From the NCBI RefSeq assembly GCF_000829235.1, contig NZ_AP012549.1, forward strand, positions 2,250,001-2,282,000: a stretch of 32,000 bases of DNA, given 5' to 3'. The notes under the pieces were generated by a model. The model was given only the letters and a program-made list of their open reading frames with translations. It did no database searches and was not told where the DNA came from. How positions within the stretch are numbered: the first letter of the stretch is position 1; each line of letters opens with the position of its first letter. Below are positions 19,039 through 28,753 of this stretch, piece by piece. The translations under genes and the position numbers were made by a program. The stretch is from a cyanobacterium endosymbiont of Epithemia turgida isolate EtSB Lake Yunoko. GTDB taxonomy: Bacteria > Cyanobacteriota > Cyanobacteriia > Cyanobacteriales > Microcystaceae.

Positions 19039-20787
19039 TTAATTTTTTGTCTCCCCCTGATTTTTCAGATAAGTTTGTGTCTTATGCGGTTGTCCCCACA
19101 GCAATTTTTCCCGCTTATAGATCACCATTCCTGGTTTAAATCCTTTAGGCTTATAAACATATTTAGGTTCGGTATAAACGATAGGGACATGCTTGCTAAA
19201 TCTAGCACGACTATAATAAGCAGCCCAATCTGCGGCACATTGTAAGTCCACTTCATTAGGTTTTTGCCCTGGTTCTAAGCGCAATAAAACGTGACTTCCG
19301 ACACTCTCTTGGGTGTGAAACCATAAATCGTAATCTCCTGCAGTACAAAAAGTTAAGCGATCATTTTGTCGGTTATTACGACCCACCCAGACTTCTAGCC
19401 CTGATGGGGTGATGTATTGACACGGTTGAGATTCGTCTAAATAACTAGAACTACTTTGAGTAGGAGATTTCAGGTAATTTTGTTGAATGAGTTCCTCTCG
19501 GATTTCCTGGATAGTTTGCAAATCTTGGGGAGAGTCATAGATATCTAATTGATTCAAACTTTCTTCAACCTGTTCTAAGTAGTCAATTTCTCCTTTTACC
19601 TTGGCTAATAAGGGTTCAACAATACTACAGGCTCGTTTTAATTTTTGGTGCTTTTTATAGAGATATTGGGCGTTTTGGACAGCATTTTTTTCAGGATTTA
19701 GATTGATTTCAACCTTTTCTTCCGTTTCAAAGGTTTTCAAACAAATAGACTTCATTCCTGGTTGCCATAAATGCAAATATGCCATCAATAAATCTCCTTG
19801 TTGGCGATATTGACCAGCTTCGATAGATTGTTGTAGTTTTTGAGTAAAGTTAGATGCTTTAACTCGCAGTTTTTTAAGAAGAGAACTGAGTTTTTGCAAC
19901 AGTTGATGACGTAGTTGTTGAAAAGTTTGATAATTAATTTGATCTCGATAGTATTGATTAATTAAAGTTTGTATCTCAGAGGCAGGTTTCACCATTCCCC
20001 ATCCTAAAACGGTATAACCCTCCTCTGTCCATCCAGGTTTAAAATCTGCTGTAACTAAAATAGTTAGCCAAGTTTGCCACAAATCAAATAATCGATTCCA
20101 GTCGGATAATCTTAGGGTATCCGTTGATTGTTTGGGGTCTAAATTAGCTGTTTGGATCATCAAATGAGCAACTGCTGGACTTAACCCGCAATAACTATTC
20201 AACATTTGCTTTTTTAATGCCTTAGGAAGGAGACTAATTCTTTCTTGCCAACGTTCATAAGGTTCCTCTAACTTAGGTAAAGTTCCTGTTAAAATAGGAG
20301 GAAATTCGTAGGGTTGTCCAGTTTTAACCGTACGCACACTGGATTGATTAGCAGTTACTTGATGCCCAACAGTGATAATCTGTTGTTTAGCGTCGGTGAG
20401 AATAATGTTGCTGTATTTACCCATAATTTCTAAAAACAAATGCCAGACAGGGGGCTCGCCAGGTCGTTTGGCAAATTGTAAATCAACAACTCTTTCCCAA
20501 GGGGCAATCATTTCTAAAGAAGTTAGGGTATATCCATTCAGTTGATGGCGTAATTGATCACTAAAAGTAAAGGTATCAGGAGTATTGGGGGGAAAATCAC
20601 CAATACATAGTCTAGCCGCCTGAGAATGCCAGGAAATAGTTAACCAACTACGTTTTTTAAGAGTTCGTAGGGCAAGGGAAATAGTGTGACGGTCATGTTG
20701 ATAAACTTGTTCAAGACGAGAGGGTATCCAAGAAATTTGGAGTTCTCGACAAATGGCGGTTAAAGTGGTGACATCAAAAGATTGCAT
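19039..20787 (-). CDS. NFACT-family RNA-binding protein (fibronectin-binding protein A N-terminal / RqcH homologue)
   Basis: 582 aa. N-terminal NFACT-N-like region, coiled-coil middle, and a C-terminal DUF814/NFACT-R signature VWVGRNNRQNDRLTF...DLWFHTQESVGSHVLL. Confidence 0.85.
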   Translation of the reverse strand: MQSFDVTTLTAICRELQISWIPSRLEQVYQHDRHTISLALRTLKKRSWLTISWHSQAARLCIGDFPPNTPDTFTFSDQLRHQLNGYTLTSLEMIAPWERVVDLQFAKRPGEPPVWHLFLEIMGKYSNIILTDAKQQIITVGHQVTANQSSVRTVKTGQPYEFPPILTGTLPKLEEPYERWQERISLLPKALKKQMLNSYCGLSPAVAHLMIQTANLDPKQSTDTLRLSDWNRLFDLWQTWLTILVTADFKPGWTEEGYTVLGWGMVKPASEIQTLINQYYRDQINYQTFQQLRHQLLQKLSSLLKKLRVKASNFTQKLQQSIEAGQYRQQGDLLMAYLHLWQPGMKSICLKTFETEEKVEINLNPEKNAVQNAQYLYKKHQKLKRACSIVEPLLAKVKGEIDYLEQVEESLNQLDIYDSPQDLQTIQEIREELIQQNYLKSPTQSSSSYLDESQPCQYITPSGLEVWVGRNNRQNDRLTFCTAGDYDLWFHTQESVGSHVLLRLEPGQKPNEVDLQCAADWAAYYSRARFSKHVPIVYTEPKYVYKPKGFKPGMVIYKREKLLWGQPHKTQTYLKNQGETKN

Positions 20788-21394
20788 AGTGTCTCAACAA
20801 TAAAAATCAATAATTTCTCAAGTTCTCATTGTCTCGAATTTTTAAATTTACCCCAACTACAACAGGACTAAAAATTACGTATTGACAAGATCAACTTAAA
20901 TATACAACCTATATTATAAAAATATAAAGTATTTATTAAGAATAATAGGCAGAAAACTGGTAGTAAGTGTTGTTAAACTCTTTATGTTTGCAACGTGAGT
21001 TTGACGAAGATTAATAGAGAGAAACGGAAGCAAAGATTTAAATCATATTGATTTACACACAATCTCGATGAATTATTAGCTTTTTTAAACTAGACTAATT
21101 GCCTGTACTTAATTTACCTAAAAAATCTTCTCTCAATTTGCGCGTCAAAAGTAAACTGGTCTTGCATCCGGATATTTCGGGAAAACTATTTTAATTTTGA
21201 TTGCTGATAGTTATTGTTTCAGATAATAATCAGCTCTGTTATATCTTAACAGTGGATTTTTCCTTTATCCCCAGAGGCCTTCTTGTACAAGCTTGAAATA
21301 TGGTGAAAGTACCTTGGTTTTGACAATAAATTAGCCAACAATTAATAGATAAATAAACTTAAATCACTATATAAAGCTATTATTTCCGATTAAA

Positions 21395-21468
21395 TCGGAG
21401 CGGCGGGATTTGAACCCACGACCCCCACTACCCCAAAGTGGTGCGCTACCAAGCTGCGCTACGCCCCG
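21395..21468 (-). tRNA. tRNA-Pro (anticodon GGG)
   Basis: The reverse complement folds as a 74-nt cloverleaf: CGGGGCG TA GCGC AGCTTGGTA GCGC A CCACT TTGGGGT AGTGG GGGTC GTGGG TTCAAAT CCCGC CGCTCCG A. CCA is not encoded. Confidence 0.9.
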
Positions 21469-21655
21469 CTATCTGCAGGCTATAATTGTAGACCATATTC
21501 CAATTACAATGCAACCTTTTACTAAAAAAAATTTTTTGTTCGCTGTGATCTTCCTTAAAGTTTTAGATCAAGATGCCTGCGATCACTTCCGATTTATCTT
21601 GTGACATAAGACGTAGAAGCAACCTCAGGCATCTATCAAAAAATAGTCAGACTTT

Positions 21656-22138
21656 CTAAAATAATCCTAGGGTTAAAGATTTATCAATGGGGAAAGTTGC
21701 CCCTGCACCCAACCACAGAGTAACAAAAATTGCAAAGAGAAACATAGTAGTTGCTACAGGACGACGGAAAGGATTCTGAAATTTGTTGACATTTTCAATA
21801 AAAGGAATCAACATTAAACCTAAAGGAATAGCCACTTGACAAGCAATTCCTAATAATTTGTTAGGAAGAATCCGTAAAATTTGGAAAGCAGGATAAAGAT
21901 ACCACTCCGGGAGAATTTCTAAAGGAGTGGCAAAAGGATCAGCCGGTTCACCGACCATAGTGGGGTCAAGAACCGCTAATGCCACTAATAATCCTATAGT
22001 CCCAAGAATCACCACAGGAAAAATATAAAGTAAGTCATTAGGCCAAGCTGGTTCACCGTAATAGTTGTGACCCATGCCCTGGACTAGTTTTGCCCTAAAG
22101 TTAGGATCGTTAAAATCTGGCTTTTTTTCAGTTGCCAT
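21656..22138 (-). CDS. petD: Cytochrome b6-f complex subunit IV
   Basis: 160 aa. [20 protein letters not shown]...[11 protein letters not shown] is the canonical PetD sequence. It lies downstream of petB. Confidence 0.95.
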   Translation of the reverse strand: MATEKKPDFNDPNFRAKLVQGMGHNYYGEPAWPNDLLYIFPVVILGTIGLLVALAVLDPTMVGEPADPFATPLEILPEWYLYPAFQILRILPNKLLGIACQVAIPLGLMLIPFIENVNKFQNPFRRPVATTMFLFAIFVTLWLGAGATFPIDKSLTLGLF

Positions 22139-22270
22139 TGGTATAGATTTCTCCTTATCAAAACTGAGAATCAGCAGGATGTGTTTCTAACATTAGTGAC
22201 CAGTCTTTAATCACTAAAGATTTATAGTTAATTAATTAAATTAACTGTTTACTGGCCACCCTTAAGTACT

Positions 22271-22939
22271 TTACAAAGGACCAGAAATCCCTTGTTTGCG
22301 GATCATTAAAAAATGCAGCAGCATGAAGACTGCGATTAGCCAGGGAAAAACAAAAGTATGTAAGCTGTAAAAACGCGTTAAGGTGGTCTGTCCTACACTT
22401 TGACCACCCCGAAGGAGTTCAACTAATTGATCTCCCACCACCGGAATAGCTGCAGGAACACCTGAAACTATTTTAACCGCCCAATAACCAACCTGATCCC
22501 AAGGAAGAGAGTAACCTGTTACACCGAAAGAAACGGTGATAACAGCTAAAACAACTCCAGTAATCCAAGTTAACTCACGAGGCTTTTTAAAACCACCAGT
22601 CAAGTAAACACGGAAAACATGAAGGATCATCATCAATACCATCATACTGGCAGACCAGCGATGGATTGAACGTATCAGCCAACCGAAGTTAACCTGATAC
22701 ATAATATATTTAACTGAAGAAAAGGCTTCAACAACCGTTGGTTTGTAATAAAACGTCATGGCAAATCCAGTAGCAAACTGGATTAAGAAACAAACTAAAG
22801 TAATTCCACCCAAACAGTAAAAAATGTTTACATGGGGAGGAACGTATTTAGTTGTGATGTCGTCAGAAATTGCCTGAATCTCAAGACGATCATCAAACCA
22901 CTTATAGATGGGAGAATCTGTAACTTGTTTGGAGAACAT
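22271..22939 (-). CDS. petB: Cytochrome b6
   Basis: 222 aa. [48 protein letters not shown]... is the canonical cyanobacterial PetB sequence and length. Confidence 0.95.
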   Translation of the reverse strand: MFSKQVTDSPIYKWFDDRLEIQAISDDITTKYVPPHVNIFYCLGGITLVCFLIQFATGFAMTFYYKPTVVEAFSSVKYIMYQVNFGWLIRSIHRWSASMMVLMMILHVFRVYLTGGFKKPRELTWITGVVLAVITVSFGVTGYSLPWDQVGYWAVKIVSGVPAAIPVVGDQLVELLRGGQSVGQTTLTRFYSLHTFVFPWLIAVFMLLHFLMIRKQGISGPL

Positions 22940-22986
22940 TGAAGCTATAATTCGCTATCGTAATGAATGATCAAGGGTTGATTGGC

Positions 22987-23024
22987 TTGACTTCTTCAGT
23001 GAGATACCCCATAGAAGAAGTCAA
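22987..23024. repeat. Hairpin in the probable petB 5-prime leader, 11-bp arms, 16-nt loop
   Basis: TTGACTTCTTC ... GAAGAAGTCAA, located 48-85 nt upstream of the petB ATG. Confidence 0.6.
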
Positions 23025-23109
23025 TGTTAGCGACATGGAGAAAACAAAACACCTTATAAGAAAATCTAACACACTACTTTCCATTATGTTCACCGCGATC
23101 ATTATCTAA

Positions 23110-23144
23110 AAAGATAGATTTACATAGCACGTAAATCTATCTTT
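23110..23144. repeat. Perfect hairpin, 14-bp arms, 7-nt loop
   Basis: AAAGATAGATTTAC atagcac GTAAATCTATCTTT. Confidence 0.85.
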
Positions 23145-24138
23145 AACTAGTGTTTTAATGATTTTTTAAAAGCATTTACTATCCATTTCGGCTTATGCAA
23201 TAACAAAGTGGAGGTAGATTTTAAATTTTTCATCATATTATTTTGAACCAAATGAGATAATTTCCACTGGAAGAATATATACTCCGTCTAAATCTCTCAA
23301 TTTCCGTATTAGTAATGATGAGTCAATTTTTCCGAGTTAGATAAGGCTCAATCTAGCTATTTATTTTTGATTATATGGGAGTCGATAATCGTATAAATCA
23401 ACATCACCATAGTAATTAATCCCACTAGAGCAATCAACCCTAAAATATGTGTGATTTGAACCTACCCTCAAACTTGCTAAAATAAAAATCACTAAATTAT
23501 GCTATTTTACGGAGTAAATAGGGTAAAATGCAACAATTGAATAAGGTAACTATCAGTAAACACTCTCCTTCTTTCAACAAAACTATCAAGATTTCTTTCT
23601 CTAACGATGACTGCTCATCAGTGCTAAAAGCCGTTAGAATAATCATGATAAGAACAACTCAAATATCCTGAACGTTCAATATCCCTAAGGCAGGTTTTCC
23701 ATGTATGGAACTAATTTACCGTTTATTTATAAAATAATTAAACAATAAATGATAGGCTTTGAAAAAGTTAAGGTAATAGCTATATAAAATTTGTCCCATC
23801 TTTGCTATTGGTTCCACCTCACAAATTTCGTAAAAGCTAAATTTCAAACCAATAACAAACAATAATGAAGTAATTCTTAATTTAGCCAAGAATTCGATTT
23901 TTGCCTAAATAATAAACGCCATAATTCAAGGTTGACGTAAACAAAAAGCTAAAGCTGACCATAAATAAAATGTTTTGATTTTTTATTGTATATTCCTAAA
24001 TATTAATCTACTCTCTATTTTAAAATAGTCGCTGAAATAATAGAGAAAACCGGTAAGAAAAAATAATCCAATTGGGTGAGGTTTTTTGTTATCATACTTT
24101 TTATTTTGGTAGGAAGGATAAAACTTTAAATAAAAGGT

Positions 24139-24597
24139 ATGAATTTGTTTATGAGACGGAATATTTTTTTTACGCTGTCCATCGCTGTTGCCCTCATCTT
24201 CAAGAGTCCGGTATTAGCTGGAAATCCAGCTAATATCCAACGGTTGTTAACAACTAATGAATGTATGGGGTGTGACCTTTCCAATGAAGACTTAAAATTT
24301 GCTCATTTAATCGGAGCAGATTTAAGGGATGCTAATCTGTCAGGGTCAACCCTAATCGAAGCTAACCTAGAAGGAGCGGATATGACGGGGGCTAACCTCG
24401 AAGGATCTAACTTAACTGGGGCAATAGTTACTAATGCCAGTTTTAATGATTCGAATTTAGATAATGTGAACTTCACCCGAGCAATGATTTATGATGCTGA
24501 TGTGACAGATGCGTCCATGAATAACCTAAATTTAACTAACGCTAAAATCTTTGACACAGGTATTGGAATTGGTGGACAAGACCCCGCCTTTGATTAG
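24139..24597 (+). CDS. Secreted pentapeptide-repeat protein
   Basis: 152 aa. Signal peptide (FFTLSIAVALIFKSPVLAG) followed by tandem A(D/N)LxX pentapeptides: DLRDANLSGSTLIEANLEGADMTGANLEGSNLTGA... Confidence 0.8.
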   Translation: MNLFMRRNIFFTLSIAVALIFKSPVLAGNPANIQRLLTTNECMGCDLSNEDLKFAHLIGADLRDANLSGSTLIEANLEGADMTGANLEGSNLTGAIVTNASFNDSNLDNVNFTRAMIYDADVTDASMNNLNLTNAKIFDTGIGIGGQDPAFD

Positions 24598-24707
24598 AAA
24601 CGATAAGCTAGAGAAATTCAGCTGTAATAGTTGTTTATATCAAAGAAAAAACCAGTTTAAAATGTATACATTAGTATTCTGTGTTAGTGTTTTGTTTGTC
24701 TCGTATT

Positions 24708-24744
24708 ATCTTTTTAATCTAAACTACGTTTAGATTAAAAAGAT
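24708..24744. repeat. Perfect hairpin, 17-bp arms, 3-nt loop
   Basis: ATCTTTTTAATCTAAAC tac GTTTAGATTAAAAAGAT. It lies 110 nt downstream of the pentapeptide gene and has no trailing T-run. Confidence 0.9.
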
Positions 24745-25492
24745 GTTGTAAGTCCCAGGGTCGATATTGTGTGTGGACCCAAGTTGAGTCGAGCTAGCCT
24801 AATTGCCCCATAAAAAAATCAATTGCCCTATGCTAAATTTAAAGAACGTTGTCAAAAAACATTAAAACTAACAAATACAGTTTAATGCTGAAGAGATCGT
24901 TTACATTTACATTAAGGTCGCATTTAAGAATAGATAGACGTAGCAACTTCCATACTTAAAAGTCAATTATTAAGATTGTAACTAATACTGTCTCTATTGA
25001 CTCATAACTCTGAATTCAGAGCCTATTGTTTATCCATTAAACCGTTGTCCATTCCATATAGGCTGGACTAGATAAGTCATGAATATTGGTAAATGCGTTC
25101 CAAAATTGTCAGCTTTTCTTGTTTTTATGGTTCATGATCAACTATAAATTCCTTATTGTTGAATTCTGTTTATCGGAGTTTTCGTGTTATTAATATCTGA
25201 ATCGTTTTTATTCTTGCTCCGCCAACAACAAAATTAGGTTTGCGTTGGTCCCGCCGCAAAATTTTCATTATAGCTAGCCCAAACATAATACCGACTAGTG
25301 CAACTATAATTACTCCAAAAAAAAGAAATAATTACTCGAATATTAGTTCTTATTTCTTCTAGAATGAATTGTTAGTTGAGTTTATAGATTAGTTACCTAA
25401 CTTCATCTCAAAATTTCTTTGGATTTGATTCAATTAAACAAAGACAAAAGGGTAAATCAAGTTAATTAATAGGGTTTCTCTTTTTCATCAAT

Positions 25493-25578
25493 TTATTAAT
25501 TCTGAGGAGTTGCTTACTCCTTTGGTGGTTGAGGTTGGAGAGAGAAGGTTAGTTAACTACCATTAGCAGAATTAATAA
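25493..25578. other. Compact three-helix structured element (candidate small RNA or terminator complex)
   Basis: An outer 12-bp stem, TTATTAATTCTG (25493-25504) with CAGAATTAATAA (25567-25578), encloses two hairpins. The first is AGGAGT-tgctt-ACTCCT (25505-25521). The second is TGGTGGTT (25523-25530) with AACTACCA (25555-25562). The interior is richer in GC than the flanks. Confidence 0.35.
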
Positions 25579-25605
25579 TTAGAGGGTGGATAATTCTGTG
25601 CTTTC

Positions 25606-25797
25606 CTAAAAGATATACTTTTTAAAGTTTTTAACCAAAATATAAAAGATTAGAACTAACACTAAACCCAACACTGTTGATAAGGTTGCTCTACCAAAAG
25701 CTACATAGTATACAGGTTTAGCAATATTTTTTCCTAAATAACGGGCTTTTATGAAGCATATACCAATCCAAGTAATCAAAGCTATCTGGGTAAACAT
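25606..25797 (-). CDS. Hypothetical small membrane protein
   Basis: 63-aa ORF with an ATG start and two hydrophobic segments. No family recognised. It could be a gene fragment. Confidence 0.25.
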   Translation of the reverse strand: MFTQIALITWIGICFIKARYLGKNIAKPVYYVAFGRATLSTVLGLVLVLIFYILVKNFKKYIF

Positions 25798-25849
25798 AAT
25801 TTTTATTTAGTACTGGACAGATATCATTTCATAGTTTGAAAGAAGCCTT

Positions 25850-26053
25850 TTAAGCACACGCTACTCGCGACCAAATCATTCCCAACGCGCCTAAAAGAGG
25901 CAAAAGTAAGGTGAATAGGGTAATAGTGGAGTCAAAATAACTTTCATACTTAGTGACTAACATCAAGAATAGCGTCGTAACAGTAAAGTAAAAAACAATG
26001 GTAGCCACTCCTCCAGAGGTTTTATCCTTGACGTCAGTAATTTGTCCAGTCAT
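25850..26053 (-). CDS. Hypothetical small membrane protein
   Basis: 67 aa from the ATG at 26053 (the track ORF starts at a TTG, 26059), with two hydrophobic segments. No family recognised. Its start codon lies within a hairpin arm. Confidence 0.25.
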   Translation of the reverse strand: MTGQITDVKDKTSGGVATIVFYFTVTTLFLMLVTKYESYFDSTITLFTLLLPLLGALGMIWSRVACA

Positions 26054-26087
26054 AGCCAAAACAAAACTGTAGGGTTTTGGCTATGAC
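26049..26087. repeat. Perfect hairpin, 14-bp arms, 11-nt loop, overlapping an ORF start
   Basis: GTCATAGCCAAAAC aaaactgtagg GTTTTGGCTATGAC. Confidence 0.9.
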
Positions 26088-27097
26088 TGCTTCCATCGAT
26101 CGATTGAATAACCTGAGCAGAATTATACCCAAGAACAAAATTTAAAATTAATTTTATGACAGGATAAGTCTTGTATTGGTTAATAATTGGGGATAGGTAG
26201 TTAAAGTTGGGATGACCGTTCTATTTATTGAGTTGTTTTCTCATCACATGATTACAAAATGTCCAATGTCTTAAGGGTTTGTACGTGCATCGACTTAAGC
26301 TTTAGCCTCAACCCAATAGAGATAATCTTTATATACAAAATGATTGACAAAATTTGGCTAAATAAATATTTGAATAGTTCGTAAAATTTATTCAATAGCT
26401 ATATTCTGCTTCTTGATTTTTTTTCGATTAATCTATATGGTGATTAAGTGACTATCAATGGTAAAAATAGTGCAAATAACTCAAGTTTTTGGTTGTTTTT
26501 TATAGAAAAAAAGCGTTAAACTTCGAAGAAGCAACTTGGTTCATTACAGAAGGTAAGTTTGACCTCCCTAAAAGACTTTTTTCTGCAACAATACTTGAGC
26601 GGTATTTAGGTCTATCTTTTTCGTATTACTCGGTGTAAGAATCAATTAATCTCACTTGTTCAGTTCTGTTGATTTTCTGTCTAGGCACGATTATAAAATT
26701 ATTCTCTATGGTTTTGGCATTTGTACTAATCTAATTTAGAGAGAATTTATATCTACTTTTTCTTCGGAATTTCATTGTTTTTTATATACAAAATTTGTTT
26801 TTAACTCTTTTCCTTTTTAATCTCAAAAAGAGCTATGATAAATAATCTGATCTATTTTAATTTCACAATTTTAAAAATATCGGGTTATGAATATATTTGT
26901 CCTGCTGTTGTTATTGCTAAATTAGTGGGTTTTTATAAAGCTGCTTAATAGTTCATCAGAAATATTGGGCTCAGATCATGTCTGAGAATACCATTGCAAG
27001 CACTTACATTATTTGGATTGGGATAAAGTCTTGACCAATTAATAAATTACGTATTACTATCATTGGCTTAACTTTTTTACAAGACAAACAATTATAA

Positions 27098-27170
27098 CGG
27101 GTGTGACAGGACTCGAACCTGTAACCTACGACTTAGAAGGTCGGTGCTCTATCCATTGAGCTACACACCC
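27098..27170 (-). tRNA. tRNA-Arg (anticodon UCU)
   Basis: The reverse complement folds as a 73-nt cloverleaf: GGGTGTG TA GCTC AATGGATA GAGC A CCGAC CTTCTAA GTCGT AGGTT ACAGG TTCGAGT CCTGT CACACCC G. There is one C-U mismatch at the top of the anticodon stem. Confidence 0.9.
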
Positions 27171-27298
27171 ATGAAGTCCATTATGACCGCTTCATAATTG
27201 TATACCCTCTCTTACTGATAACGTCAACTCTAAAAGTCATTAATTTTAAAACTCTGAGTTTTATGATACAGTCTCCCACAAAATCCTTTAGTTTAGGA

Positions 27299-27976
27299 TT
27301 AAAAGTCAAATTCATTCAGCCTTTTCTGTAACATTTGAGGAAATTTGGCATAATATTTCTGATTGAGAGGAGATGGATGGGGTAAAGGAAGTAAAGTTAC
27401 TTGTCGTCGGTGTTGCATACCCAAAGTATCAGTCGCGCGGAGAGTTACAGGTAATTTATTTTCATAGCGATCGCTCCGCTGGAAAAATTCATTAACTTCC
27501 CCTTTATCTCCATAGGGAATAAACCACTTAAACGCCTCGGTTCCTAGGGTAATAATCTGATTTCCTTGCCAGTGAATAACTAATAATGTTTCTATAAAGG
27601 GACGGAAACGATTTTTAACTTCAGTCATATAAGCTTTATTGCCAGGGGGTTTATAGGGGACAGTATTAGTAAGGAGAACTCGAGCACAGACGCTTTGCAA
27701 CTCCTGTTGAGTTTTCGCTTGTTGATGATGCATCGCCGAGTAAAACCCTCTACGAACTAAGGTGCCTGCGGCACCAATTAAAGGTTCTCCCATGTGGACT
27801 TCATCTCGTCCAAGATCTCGTCCCAAAAAGCAGATCTTACTTTTGAGGTTTCCTGCATATAAAATAGGTTGAGTAGGATCTTTATTAGCCGCCTTATAAA
27901 CTGTTGTATCAATGGGAAACAGTTTTCGTTTAGCTTCTAGATGAATTTGAACGATCAAGGTTTCAATATCTGGCAT
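27299..27976 (-). CDS. Uracil-DNA glycosylase superfamily protein (family 4/5-like)
   Basis: 225 aa. Motif-A region FLGRDLGRDEVHMGEPLIGAAGTLV (compare family-4 fvGEaPGxxEdxxGxPFvGxAGxlL) and motif B LPHPSPLN. It contains the only perfect HIP1 site (GCGATCGC, 27467-27474) in the window. Confidence 0.75.
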   Translation of the reverse strand: MPDIETLIVQIHLEAKRKLFPIDTTVYKAANKDPTQPILYAGNLKSKICFLGRDLGRDEVHMGEPLIGAAGTLVRRGFYSAMHHQQAKTQQELQSVCARVLLTNTVPYKPPGNKAYMTEVKNRFRPFIETLLVIHWQGNQIITLGTEAFKWFIPYGDKGEVNEFFQRSDRYENKLPVTLRATDTLGMQHRRQVTLLPLPHPSPLNQKYYAKFPQMLQKRLNEFDF

Positions 27977-28519
27977 TAATTCACTTAATTTGTGGTGACA
28001 GCAATCAGTACCATAGCATTATTTGTGACCAGTAAACTCTGCTACTAAGAGTAGATAAATCTAAATAAATGTTAAAGAAGCAACTTATTTTGAGTTTTTA
28101 CATTTAAGTGACTACAGTATTTGAATATAACTATAATTAACATATCTTGGAACTATTGATATTTATCAAATAAATATCTGGTTTTACTGTCTTAACTAAG
28201 TTGTATTTATATTTAAATATTTTTTCAAAAATTTAATACTATTTTCTCTATATTCCTTAAGTCTAAATAAAGAAATATAAAAAAATAGAGATATAACTCT
28301 TTTTATTTCCATTAATTTAGTTGATCTATAACTAAACTATTTAGAACCACTGAATTATTATCACTAATATGTTAGTTTTTATAAAAAGTTTTTTGGTGTT
28401 TTAACCATAAAAAATATAAGTTACTGTCGTATCTATGATTTCTGTAAATTATATTATACCTATCTTATTTAAGATTTAATAACGGGACATGGTGAATGCT
28501 TTTGAATTTAAAATATCAT

Positions 28520-28580
28520 TCAGTATTCTCAGTTGAGTATTTTATACTGTCAGTATAAAATACTCAACTGAGAATACTGA
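28520..28580. repeat. Perfect palindrome, 30-bp arms, 1-nt spacer
   Basis: TCAGTATTCTCAGTTGAGTATTTTATACTG t CAGTATAAAATACTCAACTGAGAATACTGA. Confidence 0.95.
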
Positions 28581-28612
28581 GTATAGCACAATTAAGTTTA
28601 AATAGAAAACTT

Positions 28613-28646
28613 GCTAAATCTATTCTATTTATAGAATAGATTTAGC
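28613..28646. repeat. Perfect hairpin, 15-bp arms, 4-nt loop
   Basis: GCTAAATCTATTCTA ttta TAGAATAGATTTAGC. Confidence 0.9.
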
Positions 28647-28753
28647 TTTTGATAAGCTTCTAATCTATGATTAGATTCTGTTATGTGTTTAACTTTTATA
28701 TAATTAGGTTCAGAATATCTAAATTACGCCCAATATTTTTACAGATAATTTAA

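Noticed and set aside
21410-21604. 64-aa plus-strand ORF
   Set aside because: It overlaps the antisense strand of tRNA-Pro (21395-21468). The open frame is a by-product of the GC-rich tRNA sequence.
21571-21634. 9-bp GC-rich stem (AGATGCCTG / CAGGCATCT) downstream of petD as a terminator
   Set aside because: It has a 46-nt loop and no following T-run on the minus strand. petD may instead read through towards tRNA-Pro. Not supportable as a terminator.
22940-24138. Possible gene remnants between petB and the pentapeptide gene (for example minus-strand MVSFSFLFTSTLNYGVYYLGKNRILG*...)
   Set aside because: These are short hydrophobic fragments interrupted by stops. I cannot assign any family by eye. 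They probably represent decayed genes but are not supportable as features.
24551-24733. 60-aa plus-strand ORF overlapping the 3-prime end of the pentapeptide-repeat gene
   Set aside because: It has a TTG start, sits out of frame over a real CDS, and runs into the hairpin at 24708-24744. No supporting features.
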